DNA of 28,605 bases from positions 1 through 28,605 of the IMG/VR virus record IMGVR_UViG_3300048901_000130; one strand, 5' to 3'. The notes beneath the pieces were generated by a model. That model was not told the DNA's origin. It worked only from the letters and a program-made list of their open reading frames with translations, and made no database searches. The position numbers and the translations under genes were made by a program. Source of the DNA: a virus (lineage: Duplodnaviria > Caudoviricetes). Positions 14,763-24,417 of this stretch are shown in pieces; position 1 is the stretch's first letter, and every line of letters starts with the position of its first letter.

Positions 14763-15533
14763 ATGAGCGAGAAACCGGCCATTCCTGCGCCGCAGTACAC
14801 GCTGCTCGAAGGGTTCGGCACGTGCCTCGCGCTGGCCCGGCGCGCGCTGGAAGAGGTGCGCACCCTGGCGCGAATTCCGGGACCGGAAGGCAAGCGCGGG
14901 GCAAGGGGCGACATTGGCGAAAAGGGCGAGCGTGGCGAGCCGGGTAAGCCCGGGCCGGCGGGCCGCGATGGCGCCGACGGCAAGGACGGTGAGCGCGGTC
15001 CACAGGGCAAGACCGGGGCGCTGCCGGTGGTGCGCGAGTGGGCGCCTGACGCCGTTCATTACGCGGGGACGGTTGTTGCCCATGCTGGTGGGGCTTGGCA
15101 GGCCGCCCGCGATACCGGGCAGGCGCCGGGGCACCCCGACTGGGTGTGCCTGGCGCGCCCTGGGCGTGACGCCGCGATGCCCAACGTCCGCGCCACATGG
15201 GCCGAGACCGAGACCTATGCGGCGCTCGATATTGTCGCGCTCAACGGCTGCAGCTTCATCGCGCGGCGCGACCAGCCTGGGGTTTGTCCGGGGGAGGGCT
15301 GGCAACTGATCGCCTCGGCCGGCAAGCCGGGCATCAAAGGGGCGGCCGGTGAGCGCGGCGACCGCGGCGAACCTGGTGCGCGTGGGCTGCCGGGTGCGTC
15401 CGCACCGCTAATCGTCGGCTGGACGATCGACCGCAAGACCTACACCGCCACGCCGGTCCTGTCGGATCAGAGCCCGGCGGCACCGCTCGAACTGCGCGGC
15501 CTGTTCGAGCAGTTTCACGACGAGGCACGCTGA
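14763..15533 (+). CDS. Collagen-like protein with carbohydrate-binding-like (W..Y..G/D.V) modules
   Basis: Two Gly-X-Y tracts flank WAPDAVHYAGTVV...W and WAETETYAALDIV...GW modules. Start at ATG 14763 or 14742. Confidence 0.8.
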   Translation: MSEKPAIPAPQYTLLEGFGTCLALARRALEEVRTLARIPGPEGKRGARGDIGEKGERGEPGKPGPAGRDGADGKDGERGPQGKTGALPVVREWAPDAVHYAGTVVAHAGGAWQAARDTGQAPGHPDWVCLARPGRDAAMPNVRATWAETETYAALDIVALNGCSFIARRDQPGVCPGEGWQLIASAGKPGIKGAAGERGDRGEPGARGLPGASAPLIVGWTIDRKTYTATPVLSDQSPAAPLELRGLFEQFHDEAR

Positions 15534-16177
15534 TGGCCGACGTCTGGGTCAAGGTCCTGGTGCCAGCCGACAGCTATGCGCTGCTGACGCTCGACGAGCT
15601 CAAGGGCATGCTCAACGTGCCGCTGAGCAACACCGGCGAGGATGCGCAGTTGCAGATGTGGATTGACCAGTACAGCGACGTCGTTGCCACCATGTGCAAT
15701 CGCGTGTTTGCGTATGAGACGGTCGCGGAGACCTGGCGCAGTGAGTCAGCGCCATTCGATCGCGCGCTGTTGTTCCTGACGCGCTATCCGGTCGCCGATG
15801 CGGACATCACCGCGGTGGAGTCGCCGAGGGGCAACATCCTCGATCCGGCTGGCTACGAAGTCGAGAACGTATCCGGCAAGCTGCGCATCGAGGGCGCCTG
15901 GACCGAGCCGGTCACAGTGACCTACAGCGGCGGCTATCATTTGCCGGACGAGGCGCCACCGGCACTCAAGGCAGCGACCGGGCTGTTGGTCCAGGCGGCG
16001 CAGATGCAATCGAAGGTTCCTGCGTCCAGCGTCCGATCGGTCGCGCATGGTGAAACCCGCGTGCAGTATTTCGATCCGGTGCAGATGTTCGGCAAGGCCG
16101 GCGGCGCCGCGCCATTGATGCAGGCGACCGATACCGTCAACGCCCTGCTCTACAAATACATGCGGTTCTACGCATGA
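15533..16177 (+). CDS. Head-tail connector/adaptor (gp6-like)
   Basis: LLTLDELK..L, CNR.F, VTVTYSGGY, P..LK.A and terminal LL..Y motifs. Confidence 0.82.
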   Translation: MADVWVKVLVPADSYALLTLDELKGMLNVPLSNTGEDAQLQMWIDQYSDVVATMCNRVFAYETVAETWRSESAPFDRALLFLTRYPVADADITAVESPRGNILDPAGYEVENVSGKLRIEGAWTEPVTVTYSGGYHLPDEAPPALKAATGLLVQAAQMQSKVPASSVRSVAHGETRVQYFDPVQMFGKAGGAAPLMQATDTVNALLYKYMRFYA

Positions 16178-16536
16178 CTATCGACTATAGCGCGATGTTG
16201 TACGACCCGGTCTACGCGGAACTGGGCGTGTCCGCGGTAATGACTGTGGTGGGGGCCGATACCGGGGCCGATATCACTGTCATCGACGACACGAGGCCGA
16301 AGCTACTGACGACCGGATCGAATGCCGGCGCCGAGGTGCAAACCGTCGGACCGGGCGCTTTTGTTCGCATTCCCGAGCTAACCGGAAAGGGCATCGCGCG
16401 CGCCAACTATTCCGACGCGGTGCTTTCGTTCAATGGTCGCTCCTGGATCGTGCGGTCGTGGGAACTGCGCGGCAGCCCGAACGGCGAGGATTTTGGCGAG
16501 GTGCGATTCAGTTTGAAGGCTGACGCCGTTGGTTGA
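16174..16536 (+). CDS. Probable head-closure/head-tail joining protein
   Basis: 120 aa, beta-rich, located directly after the adaptor gene; ATGA coupling. Confidence 0.6.
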   Translation: MTIDYSAMLYDPVYAELGVSAVMTVVGADTGADITVIDDTRPKLLTTGSNAGAEVQTVGPGAFVRIPELTGKGIARANYSDAVLSFNGRSWIVRSWELRGSPNGEDFGEVRFSLKADAVG

Positions 16537-16984
16537 TGTTCGCGAGGACATTCTGGCGCGGCTGCTCGTGGTGGTCGCGACCATTCCGAACATCCGCTCG
16601 GCGCAGCGCAACAACGTCGAGATCCCGGAAGACCAGTTGCCGGCGGCGATCGTGTTCGATGGCGACGAGGAAACCGGCGATGCCTCCGATCTGTCCATGC
16701 GGCCTCCTAACCGGCCGACAATGGTCCGCATGCATCCCGAGATCGTCATCGCACAGCAGGCGGACGAGGCTGGATCGGATCTCACCACCCTGCGGCGCGA
16801 GCTAATCAAGCGGGTGCTGACGGACACCGAGCTTAATGAGACGATCGTTAAGACCGGGCGGTTCGGCAATGGCGCTATCCGGTATCTCGGCTGCCAGACC
16901 GACCTCGGTTGGGGACGGTCGCTGCAGGGGGCGCTGCGCGCTCAGTTCATGTTCAAGTACGCACTCAAAATAGAGGAGCTATAA
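16529..16984 (+). CDS. Probable tail terminator
   Basis: 151 aa with RE.IL..L and LPAAIV.DGDE; immediately upstream of the tail tube gene. Confidence 0.6.
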   Translation: MVDVREDILARLLVVVATIPNIRSAQRNNVEIPEDQLPAAIVFDGDEETGDASDLSMRPPNRPTMVRMHPEIVIAQQADEAGSDLTTLRRELIKRVLTDTELNETIVKTGRFGNGAIRYLGCQTDLGWGRSLQGALRAQFMFKYALKIEEL

Positions 16985-16987
16985 ACC

Positions 16988-17521
16988 ATGCCCGCGTCAC
17001 CGAGCATTCAGAACTATCACATCGGCAAGGGAATCGTCTCGTTCAAGGAAGATGGCGCCGCCGACTTCCTCGATCTGGGCAACGCGCCGAGCTTCGTGTG
17101 GTCGCCGACCATCGAGAAGAAGGAGCACTTCTCTTCGCGCGAGGGCGTGAAAGTGAAAGACTTCTCTGCCATCACGCAAACCGGCGCCACTATCAAGTTC
17201 ACGCTGGACGAGATCAACGCGCCTAACCTGGCGATCTTCACGCTGGGCGAGCTGGAGGCACCCGATGTCGACGGCAGCATCTCGATCGCTGCTTTCAAAA
17301 AGAACGAGGTTGCCGGACTCATCAAAGTCGAAGGCACCAATGATATCGGCCAGCACGTTGACTATACCGGACGCATCTCGATCAACCCCACCGGCGACTT
17401 CTCGTTTATCACCGATGCGGACGACTTCTCGACGCTGCAGATCGAGGCCGAGGTGCAGAAGGATGACACCACTGGAGACTTCGGCGTGTTCACCGTGCAC
17501 GAAGCACCGGTGGTCCCATAG
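16988..17521 (+). CDS. Major tail (tube) protein
   Basis: 177 aa, acidic; NY.IGKG.V.F, DLGN.P.F, EH.SSR.G...KD and TLDE...NLA motifs; GAGGAG RBS. Confidence 0.8.
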   Translation: MPASPSIQNYHIGKGIVSFKEDGAADFLDLGNAPSFVWSPTIEKKEHFSSREGVKVKDFSAITQTGATIKFTLDEINAPNLAIFTLGELEAPDVDGSISIAAFKKNEVAGLIKVEGTNDIGQHVDYTGRISINPTGDFSFITDADDFSTLQIEAEVQKDDTTGDFGVFTVHEAPVVP

Positions 17522-17532
17522 GAGCTGCGGTC

Positions 17533-18006
17533 ATGGCCGACCTGCTGGATATCGCACCGTCAACGGCGGTCGAGGTCGTCAGGATCGACGGCAAGCGGAT
17601 CAATGTGCGTGGTGTTTCTGTTGACGCCATCGCCTCGATCGTTGCCCGGTTTCCAGAGTTGAAAGCGCTGGTCAGCGGCGGCCTCGGCGACAACCTGGTC
17701 CCGCGATTGATCGAGGGCTGCGGCACCGCCATTGGCCCGATCATCGCAGCGGGCTGCGGGCACCTCGCTGACGAGACCTACGAGCAACACGCGGCGAAGC
17801 TGTTGCCCGAATACCAGTTGAAATTTCTCACGTCTATTTTTCGGCTGACATTCCCAAACGGGATCGGCTCTTTCGTCGAGGCGCTGACGGGCCTCATCGG
17901 CGGAACGGACGAAAGGGCAAAGCCAGTGAAGGTCCGCTTGCGGAAATCGCCGTCGCCGTCGTCGCCCTCGGCCGACGAGCCGGCTTTACACCCGACTATG
18001 CAATGA
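17533..18006 (+). CDS. Tail assembly chaperone (gpG-like)
   Basis: 157 aa following the tail tube gene; AGGAG RBS; contains an in-frame slippery heptamer. Confidence 0.75.
   Translation: MADLLDIAPSTAVEVVRIDGKRINVRGVSVDAIASIVARFPELKALVSGGLGDNLVPRLIEGCGTAIGPIIAAGCGHLADETYEQHAAKLLPEYQLKFLTSIFRLTFPNGIGSFVEALTGLIGGTDERAKPVKVRLRKSPSPSSPSADEPALHPTMQ
17853..17859 (+). other. Candidate -1 ribosomal frameshift site C CCA AAC
   Basis: XXXYYYZ heptamer in the correct phase (TTC CCA AAC). The -1 frame stays open to TGA 18153-18155. Confidence 0.65.
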
Positions 18007-18155
18007 CGCTGACGCCGCGGCAGATCGCAGCCTATCTCGAATTCGGCGAGCAGCTCGACCGGAAGGATCGGGCGAACGATCTGGTGATCGCCGCGATGGG
18101 CGCGCAGGGCGATCAGAAATCGATCGATAAGGCGCTCAAGGAGTTGGGCGGGTGA
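17859..18155 (+). CDS. gpT-like -1 frame extension of the tail chaperone
   Basis: ...PLAEIAVAVVALGRRAGFTPDYAMTLTPRQIAAYLEFGEQLDRKDRANDLVIAAMGAQGDQKSIDKALKELGG*. Not in the ORF track because only 50 aa follow ATG 18003. Confidence 0.7.
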   Translation, partial: RDRLFRRGADGPHRRNGRKGKASEGPLAEIAVAVVALGRRAGFTPDYAMTLTPRQIAAYLEFGEQLDRKDRANDLVIAAMGAQGDQKSIDKALKELGG

Positions 18156-18342
18156 CTTTAGTTGCGGAAAGTTTGGTCCCATAAGGGATCATGCCCATTG
18201 CGGCACCCCAAAGATTTACAAATCCGAGCCACAGAGGGCCGAAAAGGAGCCACAGCCAGGGGGTTGTTGACCAAGCGATGAGCGCGAAGACGCCACCCAA
18301 GACGAGCCAGGCGATGAGGAAAAACTGAGCAGCTGATTTCAT
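18136..18342 (-). CDS. Small Trp-rich membrane protein (moron)
   Basis: 68 aa from ATG 18342 with two hydrophobic segments; GAGGA upstream; antisense to the late operon. Confidence 0.6.
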   Translation of the reverse strand: MKSAAQFFLIAWLVLGGVFALIAWSTTPWLWLLFGPLWLGFVNLWGAAMGMIPYGTKLSATKVTRPTP

Positions 18343-18407
18343 GACTGGGTTTATTCCTCGCAAATCGCATGGGCATCAAGGTCTATTTTTTGGATAATGG
18401 TGATGCA

Positions 18408-18677
18408 TCACCTCCCTCCTTTGCGCTCACTGGCGGCGCGGCCACCGCAACGATGACCACGGGCATCGCGGTCATTCGGGGTTTGACATGGTCCGGTAGT
18501 TGCTTTTGCTGATGCGTGAGCCGCGAGTGTCGCAGGCGTGGGTTGAGTGATGGCTACAGGCGTGGGTTGATTGGCGGATTGCGTACTGGTCACTTTTCCG
18601 CAAGCGGCCACTGAGAGCACCGATCCAATGCCACATATCAAGCATAGAAATTTAGGCACGATTTCTTTCCCTTTCAT
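18408..18677 (-). CDS. Small lipoprotein (moron)
   Basis: Hydrophobic leader + VAAC lipobox, Thr/Pro linker, C-terminal CQTPNDRDARGHRCGGRAA module. Start may be GTG 18659. Confidence 0.65.
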   Translation of the reverse strand: MKGKEIVPKFLCLICGIGSVLSVAACGKVTSTQSANQPTPVAITQPTPATLAAHASAKATTGPCQTPNDRDARGHRCGGRAASERKGGR

Positions 18678-18764
18678 TCCGACGTGCTTCGCTATCCGAT
18701 GTCAAAGCGCCCGTCTTGGCGTCCCGTGCCAAAACTTGCTCATTCGTGCCAATCCTGACCTGAC

Positions 18765-19301
18765 ATGAAACTCGTATTCTCTGAGCAGGAAGGGGTGCTT
18801 GAGCGGCTGATCAAGGAAATCGCGCGGGATATCGACGAGGCCAGGGCCGGCGCGGTGCAGGATGCTGCTGCATTCGCGGTAGAGCAGGGCCGGGCCAATA
18901 TCGCGGGCGCGGGTTTCCCGGCACGCTGGCGGGCGGCGCTAACGTCGAAGTTCTTTCCGAACAAGGGCGGCGATCCCGCGGCGCTGATCTTTGACACCAT
19001 CCCGTTCGCTAGGGTGTTCGAGAGCGGCGCCACAATCCGCGGCCGGCCGTTGCTGTGGTTGCCGCTCGAACGGAACCTGCCGGGCGGCATTCATTCGCCG
19101 AGGCAATACGGTCGCCGGTTGGTGTCGGTGAATGTTGCCGGCAAGCCGCCGTTGCTGTTCGACGCCGCCAACCGGAAACTGGGACCGCTGTTCGTCGGCG
19201 TCAGCCAAGTCAACATCCGCAAGCGGCTCGATCTCTATAGCATCTTCGCTTTAGCGGCAGGGCGCATGACCGAATTCTACGAGAAACGGATCAGGGGCTG
19301 A
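18765..19301 (+). CDS. Probable neck/tail-completion protein (DUF6441-like)
   Basis: 178 aa, basic; VFESGATIRGRPLLWLPL and PLFVG..QV.I.KRLD; coupled to the tape measure start. Confidence 0.55.
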   Translation: MKLVFSEQEGVLERLIKEIARDIDEARAGAVQDAAAFAVEQGRANIAGAGFPARWRAALTSKFFPNKGGDPAALIFDTIPFARVFESGATIRGRPLLWLPLERNLPGGIHSPRQYGRRLVSVNVAGKPPLLFDAANRKLGPLFVGVSQVNIRKRLDLYSIFALAAGRMTEFYEKRIRG

Positions 19302-22078
19302 TGGCGACCATAAGCCAACGAATAAGCCTGGAGGGCGGCGACGACGTCCGCAAGGCGCTTGAAGACCTCGGTAAGGCCGGCGAGAAGTCGTTCAAGCAAA
19401 TTCAGGATGCCGCCGAGAAAACCAAGGTCGATCCTGCGCGCTTTCAGCAAGCTCAGAAGGCGATCAGCGACCTCATCACAACCGGCACGCAACTCGGCAA
19501 TAAATTTCAGGAGCTCGCCCGAGCCGCGACAGCGTTCGGCACACAAGGAGCCGACGCCGCAAGGCAGGTCACGACTGGACTGAATGCGACCAATGACGCA
19601 GCGGCACAGGCTGCGGGAACCATGGCTAAGGCCGGACAAGAGGCCGCCAACGTCGGTAAGACGGTTGGGTCCAGCCTGATCTCGGGTGCAACCGCATTCA
19701 AGATTGCCGCTGCGGGCGTTGTCGCTGCTGTCGGTGCCATGGTGTCGGCGCTGACGAAGGGCGCAGCCGAAACCGGCGCAAAGATTGCTGATCAGGCTGA
19801 AAAGCTGAAATTGAGCACGGAACAATGGGTTCAGTTGCGAACCGCCATCGCAGGCACGGGCGGATCGTCCGATGATTTCGCGAAGTCGTTAGAACAAGCG
19901 CTGAAAGTGTTGGACAAGGCCAAGGGAGAGGCAGCGGAGGTATCAAAGGTTTTCACGGTGATGGGGGAAAACGGCAAACAGGTCTCCGTTGTCAACACGA
20001 ATCTGCAGGCACTGGCTAAGGCCATGAAAGACGGAGACCTGGCAACAGTAAAATTGTTCAACGACTTGGGCATCGCTCTTCAGACGCTTCAAACTGGAGA
20101 TCCTCTGACCATTCTGCGCACCGTCGCGGAGGCGATCAACAAAATGCCGGAGGGGGCGGCCAAGGCGGCGGCCGGAGTTAAGTTCTTCGGCGACAGTTGG
20201 AAGGACACTATCAAGGCTCTGCTCGCCGCAAAGACGGCAACGATCGATACCGCGGACACGATGGCGAAGAAGGGTCGTGAATTGTCCGCCGACCAGGTCG
20301 AGATGGGCAAAAAAGTCACGGATGCGTGGAAGGACCTCGGCGCTGCGATCCGCGCCACCAGGGATCAGATCGGCGCGGTGTTCCTGCCCGGCCAACTGGC
20401 GAAGACAGAGTGGCTGACGAAACTTGTCGATGACTCGCGCGAGCTATTGAAGACCTGGCTCGGACTGGGCGAGGCCGGACGTTCCGGGTTTCTGAAAGAC
20501 CTCGCTGGCGATGAAACGCCGGCTGCGACTGCATTCAAGATTCTGCTTGAAGTCGGCAATCAGCTTGCGGGACTTTGGAATGACGTCCTCGTTCCGGCTG
20601 GCGAGAAACTGGGAGAGATGATCGGCCAGATTGCCGAGAGTTTCGAGGGTGTGTCGAAAAGTCAGGTCGCGGCGTTTTTCATCACCGCGACGATCGCCGC
20701 GATTGGGCTGGCGGTTGCACTCAAGGGCATTGGATTCGTGCTGTCGCCGATCACGACATTGATTTCGCTGTTCGTTTCCTTGTCTCCCATTCTGATTCCG
20801 CTCATCGTGCTGGTGGCGTTGTTCTGGGATCAACTAAAGGAAGGTGCGCAGACGGTAGCGGCATTGGTTCCGGGCGCATTGGAGAAGGTTAGCGAAGCGA
20901 TCAAGGCATTGTTCGCTGGTGACTTTGCGGGAGCGTGGGCGAAGTTCAGCGAGGCTGCGGTCGAGGCATTCAAAACGATCTCGGATGAGGCCATGAAGGT
21001 TCCATGGGTGAAAACCCTTGTCGACGGCTTCAAGGAAATTGGCCAACAAATTCCGGGCACTATTAAACTGATTGCGGAAGCTCTGATTTCTCTCGGACAG
21101 GTCGCCGAGGGCGCGGCCACATCGCTTAACAGGATTTTTGGCACGCAACTGACGGGGACCGATGTCGCCGCGATTGCGATCATCGCGCAGTACACAGGTG
21201 CGCTGCAGGCATTGGGGTCCGCCGCGACCGTCGTTGCCGCGACATTCACAACTCTCGGCGTCATAATTGGAGGGATTGGAGTTGTATTTGGCAGTACGGC
21301 AGCGGCAATCGCCGTGGGCGTTATAGGGATCATCGCCGCAGGGATTGCGATTGCTGTGTTTTGGGATCAGCTCGTCGCACACGCAAAATCCAAAGCAGAC
21401 GAGGTTGTCGCCGCATTCAAGGACATTGGCAACAATATCGCTCAAGCCGTCACGGACTGGGTCACCACGCCGGTCTCGAATGCGTGGGCATGGATCGTCG
21501 ATACATTCAAGAGCGCCCTTGACGGGCTCGGCTCCGCTATTTCCGCAGCGTATGGCGCCATTGTTGAGTTCGTCACCACCCCGGTTGCGAGTGCCTGGCA
21601 GTGGATCAAGGACACGTTCAACGCGATGATCAGCAGCCTGGGCTTCAGCAGCGGCGGCGCGGTTGGGGGTGGCGGTGGCGGCGATGGCTTCGCGGGTGGC
21701 GGCCTGCTCGGCGGTCGTGGCACCGGCACGAGCGATAGCAATCTGGCCTGGGTCTCGCGCGGGGAGTACATCACGCCGGCCAGGGCGGTGGCGCAGCCGG
21801 GTGTGCTCGCCTTCCTGGAGGCGCTACGGCGCTCGGGCGGCAATCTGCGCAACGTGCTCGACGGCATGGGGCGGTTCGCGCTCGGGGGGCTGGTGGCGCC
21901 GACGCTCTCGATTCCGGCGCTGGCCGGCGGTGGCATGAATAGCGTCACCATTAATTTCCCGGGCCTGCCAGAGATTACCGGGCTGCGGGCCTCGTCCGAC
22001 GTGGTCGACCAATTGCGCAAGGCGGCGGCCATGTCGCAGGTCAGAAGTGGCGGCAGAAAGCCCAGCAGGTATTCCTGA
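19301..22078 (+). CDS. Tail tape measure protein
   Basis: 925 aa, Ala-rich and helical, with hydrophobic segments, repeated VTTPV..AW.WI units and C-terminal GRGTGTSDS..A..S.GEY. Confidence 0.92.
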   Translation: MATISQRISLEGGDDVRKALEDLGKAGEKSFKQIQDAAEKTKVDPARFQQAQKAISDLITTGTQLGNKFQELARAATAFGTQGADAARQVTTGLNATNDAAAQAAGTMAKAGQEAANVGKTVGSSLISGATAFKIAAAGVVAAVGAMVSALTKGAAETGAKIADQAEKLKLSTEQWVQLRTAIAGTGGSSDDFAKSLEQALKVLDKAKGEAAEVSKVFTVMGENGKQVSVVNTNLQALAKAMKDGDLATVKLFNDLGIALQTLQTGDPLTILRTVAEAINKMPEGAAKAAAGVKFFGDSWKDTIKALLAAKTATIDTADTMAKKGRELSADQVEMGKKVTDAWKDLGAAIRATRDQIGAVFLPGQLAKTEWLTKLVDDSRELLKTWLGLGEAGRSGFLKDLAGDETPAATAFKILLEVGNQLAGLWNDVLVPAGEKLGEMIGQIAESFEGVSKSQVAAFFITATIAAIGLAVALKGIGFVLSPITTLISLFVSLSPILIPLIVLVALFWDQLKEGAQTVAALVPGALEKVSEAIKALFAGDFAGAWAKFSEAAVEAFKTISDEAMKVPWVKTLVDGFKEIGQQIPGTIKLIAEALISLGQVAEGAATSLNRIFGTQLTGTDVAAIAIIAQYTGALQALGSAATVVAATFTTLGVIIGGIGVVFGSTAAAIAVGVIGIIAAGIAIAVFWDQLVAHAKSKADEVVAAFKDIGNNIAQAVTDWVTTPVSNAWAWIVDTFKSALDGLGSAISAAYGAIVEFVTTPVASAWQWIKDTFNAMISSLGFSSGGAVGGGGGGDGFAGGGLLGGRGTGTSDSNLAWVSRGEYITPARAVAQPGVLAFLEALRRSGGNLRNVLDGMGRFALGGLVAPTLSIPALAGGGMNSVTINFPGLPEITGLRASSDVVDQLRKAAAMSQVRSGGRKPSRYS

Positions 22079-22458
22079 TGCCGGCCTATACGCTGCTCGC
22101 GATCGACGGCATCGACTTCTCGCAATATGCCGTGCGCGGCATCACCATGACGTTGGCGCCGATCGATCAAGCCAAGAACGTCGCGCGGGACTGCCGTGGG
22201 GCATTGGCCGACATCTCGGTCGCGCAATTCAGGCAATACAAGGTCACCATCACCTGCACCGATCACGAGGCGCCGGAACTCACTGACGTGTGGCCGGGCC
22301 AGGATGTCACCATCACCTGCATTCCAGGTCTAGGTGCCGCCAATGGGGCTGGCGACGTGTTGACCATTCTTGCGAAAGTGACGTCCTGGCATACGTCGCG
22401 CGACGAATGGGCGGCCGAGGTGGCGTGGACGCTTGAGGCCGAGCAGAGGACCGTCTGA
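22078..22458 (+). CDS. Probable distal tail protein
   Basis: 126 aa directly after the tape measure (TGATG coupling); beta-rich, ends W.LEAEQ. Confidence 0.6.
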   Translation: MPAYTLLAIDGIDFSQYAVRGITMTLAPIDQAKNVARDCRGALADISVAQFRQYKVTITCTDHEAPELTDVWPGQDVTITCIPGLGAANGAGDVLTILAKVTSWHTSRDEWAAEVAWTLEAEQRTV

Positions 22459-22461
22459 GCG

Positions 22462-24417
22462 ATGCCGGCCGGGATGCCTTACTTCGCCTGGATTGATCCG
22501 GACGAGACGACGTTCGGGGCTGAGCACATGCGCTGGGATGAGGATGTGTTCTCGTTCACGCTGGCGCAGGACGAAGGCGACCCGGCGAGCCTCACTATCG
22601 TGGTCCGTCGGCCACGCAATACGGCGGGCGATCCGATCGGGCTGCTTGGTCCCGGCCGCAAAATCTGGGCGTGGTTCGCGCTCGATTGCGGGCCTGACTT
22701 GATCCGGTTTCGCGGCCGGTTGGTCGGTGTCCCCACAAGCATCTTCGAAGAGTTGGTGACCCTGGAATTCGTCGCCCGGCCGATCGACCTCACGGCGCAG
22801 AAAAATGCATTAGCCGACAGCCTTCGCGTGCTGCCGTATTATGATGAGGTGGTTATCGACCCGTCGCGTCGCGCCGATCCGGAGGTCGTGCTGGAGGGCT
22901 ACAGCGCCATCTGGCATTACGATCGCGAGACCCATGTCCTTACGGTCTCAGATGAGATCACCGGTGAGGACGGTCTTGTTGAATTCGACGGCGCCAGCGA
23001 AGATGGCAAGGTGCTTTATGACGGTCTTGCTCTTAGTCTCACAAGCGGACCGCTCACACAGGTTGATGTCAGCGCCACATATACCTGGACACAATCGGCA
23101 AGCGGAAATGTTGACCTAACTAAATATCTCATCAGAAACTGGCCGGGCTCTGGACCCAACTATATTACTTCGTTCACCTTGGACGCTAATTCATGGCCGA
23201 AGACTGGGGCAACGCTCGGCGATGGGTGGGTCGCCGCCGATGCGACGGCTTCTTCGAAATACAGCTATACGATGACGACGGCGACGGGAGGCAGCACATT
23301 GACTGTCAAGTTCCCGGATACATCGTGGTTTGGCCCGTCAAGTTGGACTACAACCGCTACGACGACCGTTACGGGCTTCGTTCCGCCGCCGGGCTCAATT
23401 ACTTATCCAGATACATATTCAGATAAAATTGTAGTAAAAACGTCGCCCGGTGAAACGACCGATGTTGGAACATCAACTTATACGTCCTCATACAGCCGCA
23501 ATACCACCGCAACCGCTTCTGTGCTAACGCTTAATACGTTCGTCGTCACGCTGCTGGCAGGCTACTCGGCCAATCGCCAATGCACCGAGCGCGTGTCGCT
23601 CACGCTTGTAGCCGATGTCCAGCATGTTCTGACTACTCCCGAGGATGGTGAGGCGCTGCAGATCGCCGATATCAACTCGGTGAACCTGAGTCAAACGATT
23701 GGCGATGGCGCCGCTGCCTATCAGCCAATCGGGGACGCCCGGCGTCGTTCCTATATCGCCACCGAGCGAGGCAACGGCAGCATCGAACATCTGATTGCGT
23801 TGGCGCGCGCACAGTTGATGCATCGCGCGCGGGTGGTGCAGATCGCGTTTGCGCCGAAGCTTTCGCGCATGCCGGAAATAACGCTGCGCAAGAACGTGTT
23901 TCTGGTCGAGCCAAGGGTCGGCGAGGCATTGGGCAAGATCATCGGATATTCATTGGCACTCGATGGTTCCGCCGGTCGGATTGGTTGCGAGGTCCGCATT
24001 GGATGTTCCATCGGCCGTGGTGGTTCGGCCGTCGCTTCCGGTGGAGCGCCGACCTATTGCACCATCGATTATACCGGAGCCGATTATCAGCAGTTCACAG
24101 AACGCACGGTGCTTTTTGATTCCTCGGTAGGCTACCAGCCTCCGAGCGCCAATCCGAACGACGACGGTATTGATTTTCTGTCGGTGCTGCGGGCTGAAGA
24201 TGTGATTGAGACACCGCTTAACGTTGAGAACCCAGCATTTGTGCAGTCAAGTCATCTCGCTCATTTGCCTCTCGCTGTGGCTCGCGAGGAGATAAAAAAA
24301 GTTCAGACTCGCGCGACTTTCAAGCTCAAGAGCATGACGCGCGAATTTACCAGCGACTACGATCTGCAGGTGACCGATCTGAAAATTCCCACTGGCTATG
24401 ACCTGGAGGCGGCGTGA
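22462..24417 (+). CDS. Probable tail-tip/hub protein
   Basis: 651 aa in the canonical post-Dit position, with a Thr/Ser-rich lower-GC central insert. Confidence 0.65.
   Translation: MPAGMPYFAWIDPDETTFGAEHMRWDEDVFSFTLAQDEGDPASLTIVVRRPRNTAGDPIGLLGPGRKIWAWFALDCGPDLIRFRGRLVGVPTSIFEELVTLEFVARPIDLTAQKNALADSLRVLPYYDEVVIDPSRRADPEVVLEGYSAIWHYDRETHVLTVSDEITGEDGLVEFDGASEDGKVLYDGLALSLTSGPLTQVDVSATYTWTQSASGNVDLTKYLIRNWPGSGPNYITSFTLDANSWPKTGATLGDGWVAADATASSKYSYTMTTATGGSTLTVKFPDTSWFGPSSWTTTATTTVTGFVPPPGSITYPDTYSDKIVVKTSPGETTDVGTSTYTSSYSRNTTATASVLTLNTFVVTLLAGYSANRQCTERVSLTLVADVQHVLTTPEDGEALQIADINSVNLSQTIGDGAAAYQPIGDARRRSYIATERGNGSIEHLIALARAQLMHRARVVQIAFAPKLSRMPEITLRKNVFLVEPRVGEALGKIIGYSLALDGSAGRIGCEVRIGCSIGRGGSAVASGGAPTYCTIDYTGADYQQFTERTVLFDSSVGYQPPSANPNDDGIDFLSVLRAEDVIETPLNVENPAFVQSSHLAHLPLAVAREEIKKVQTRATFKLKSMTREFTSDYDLQVTDLKIPTGYDLEAA

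Noticed and set aside
18725-18752. TGGCACG motifs on the - strand as sigma-54 promoters
   Set aside because: The -12 GC is mis-spaced by one base in one copy and absent in the other.
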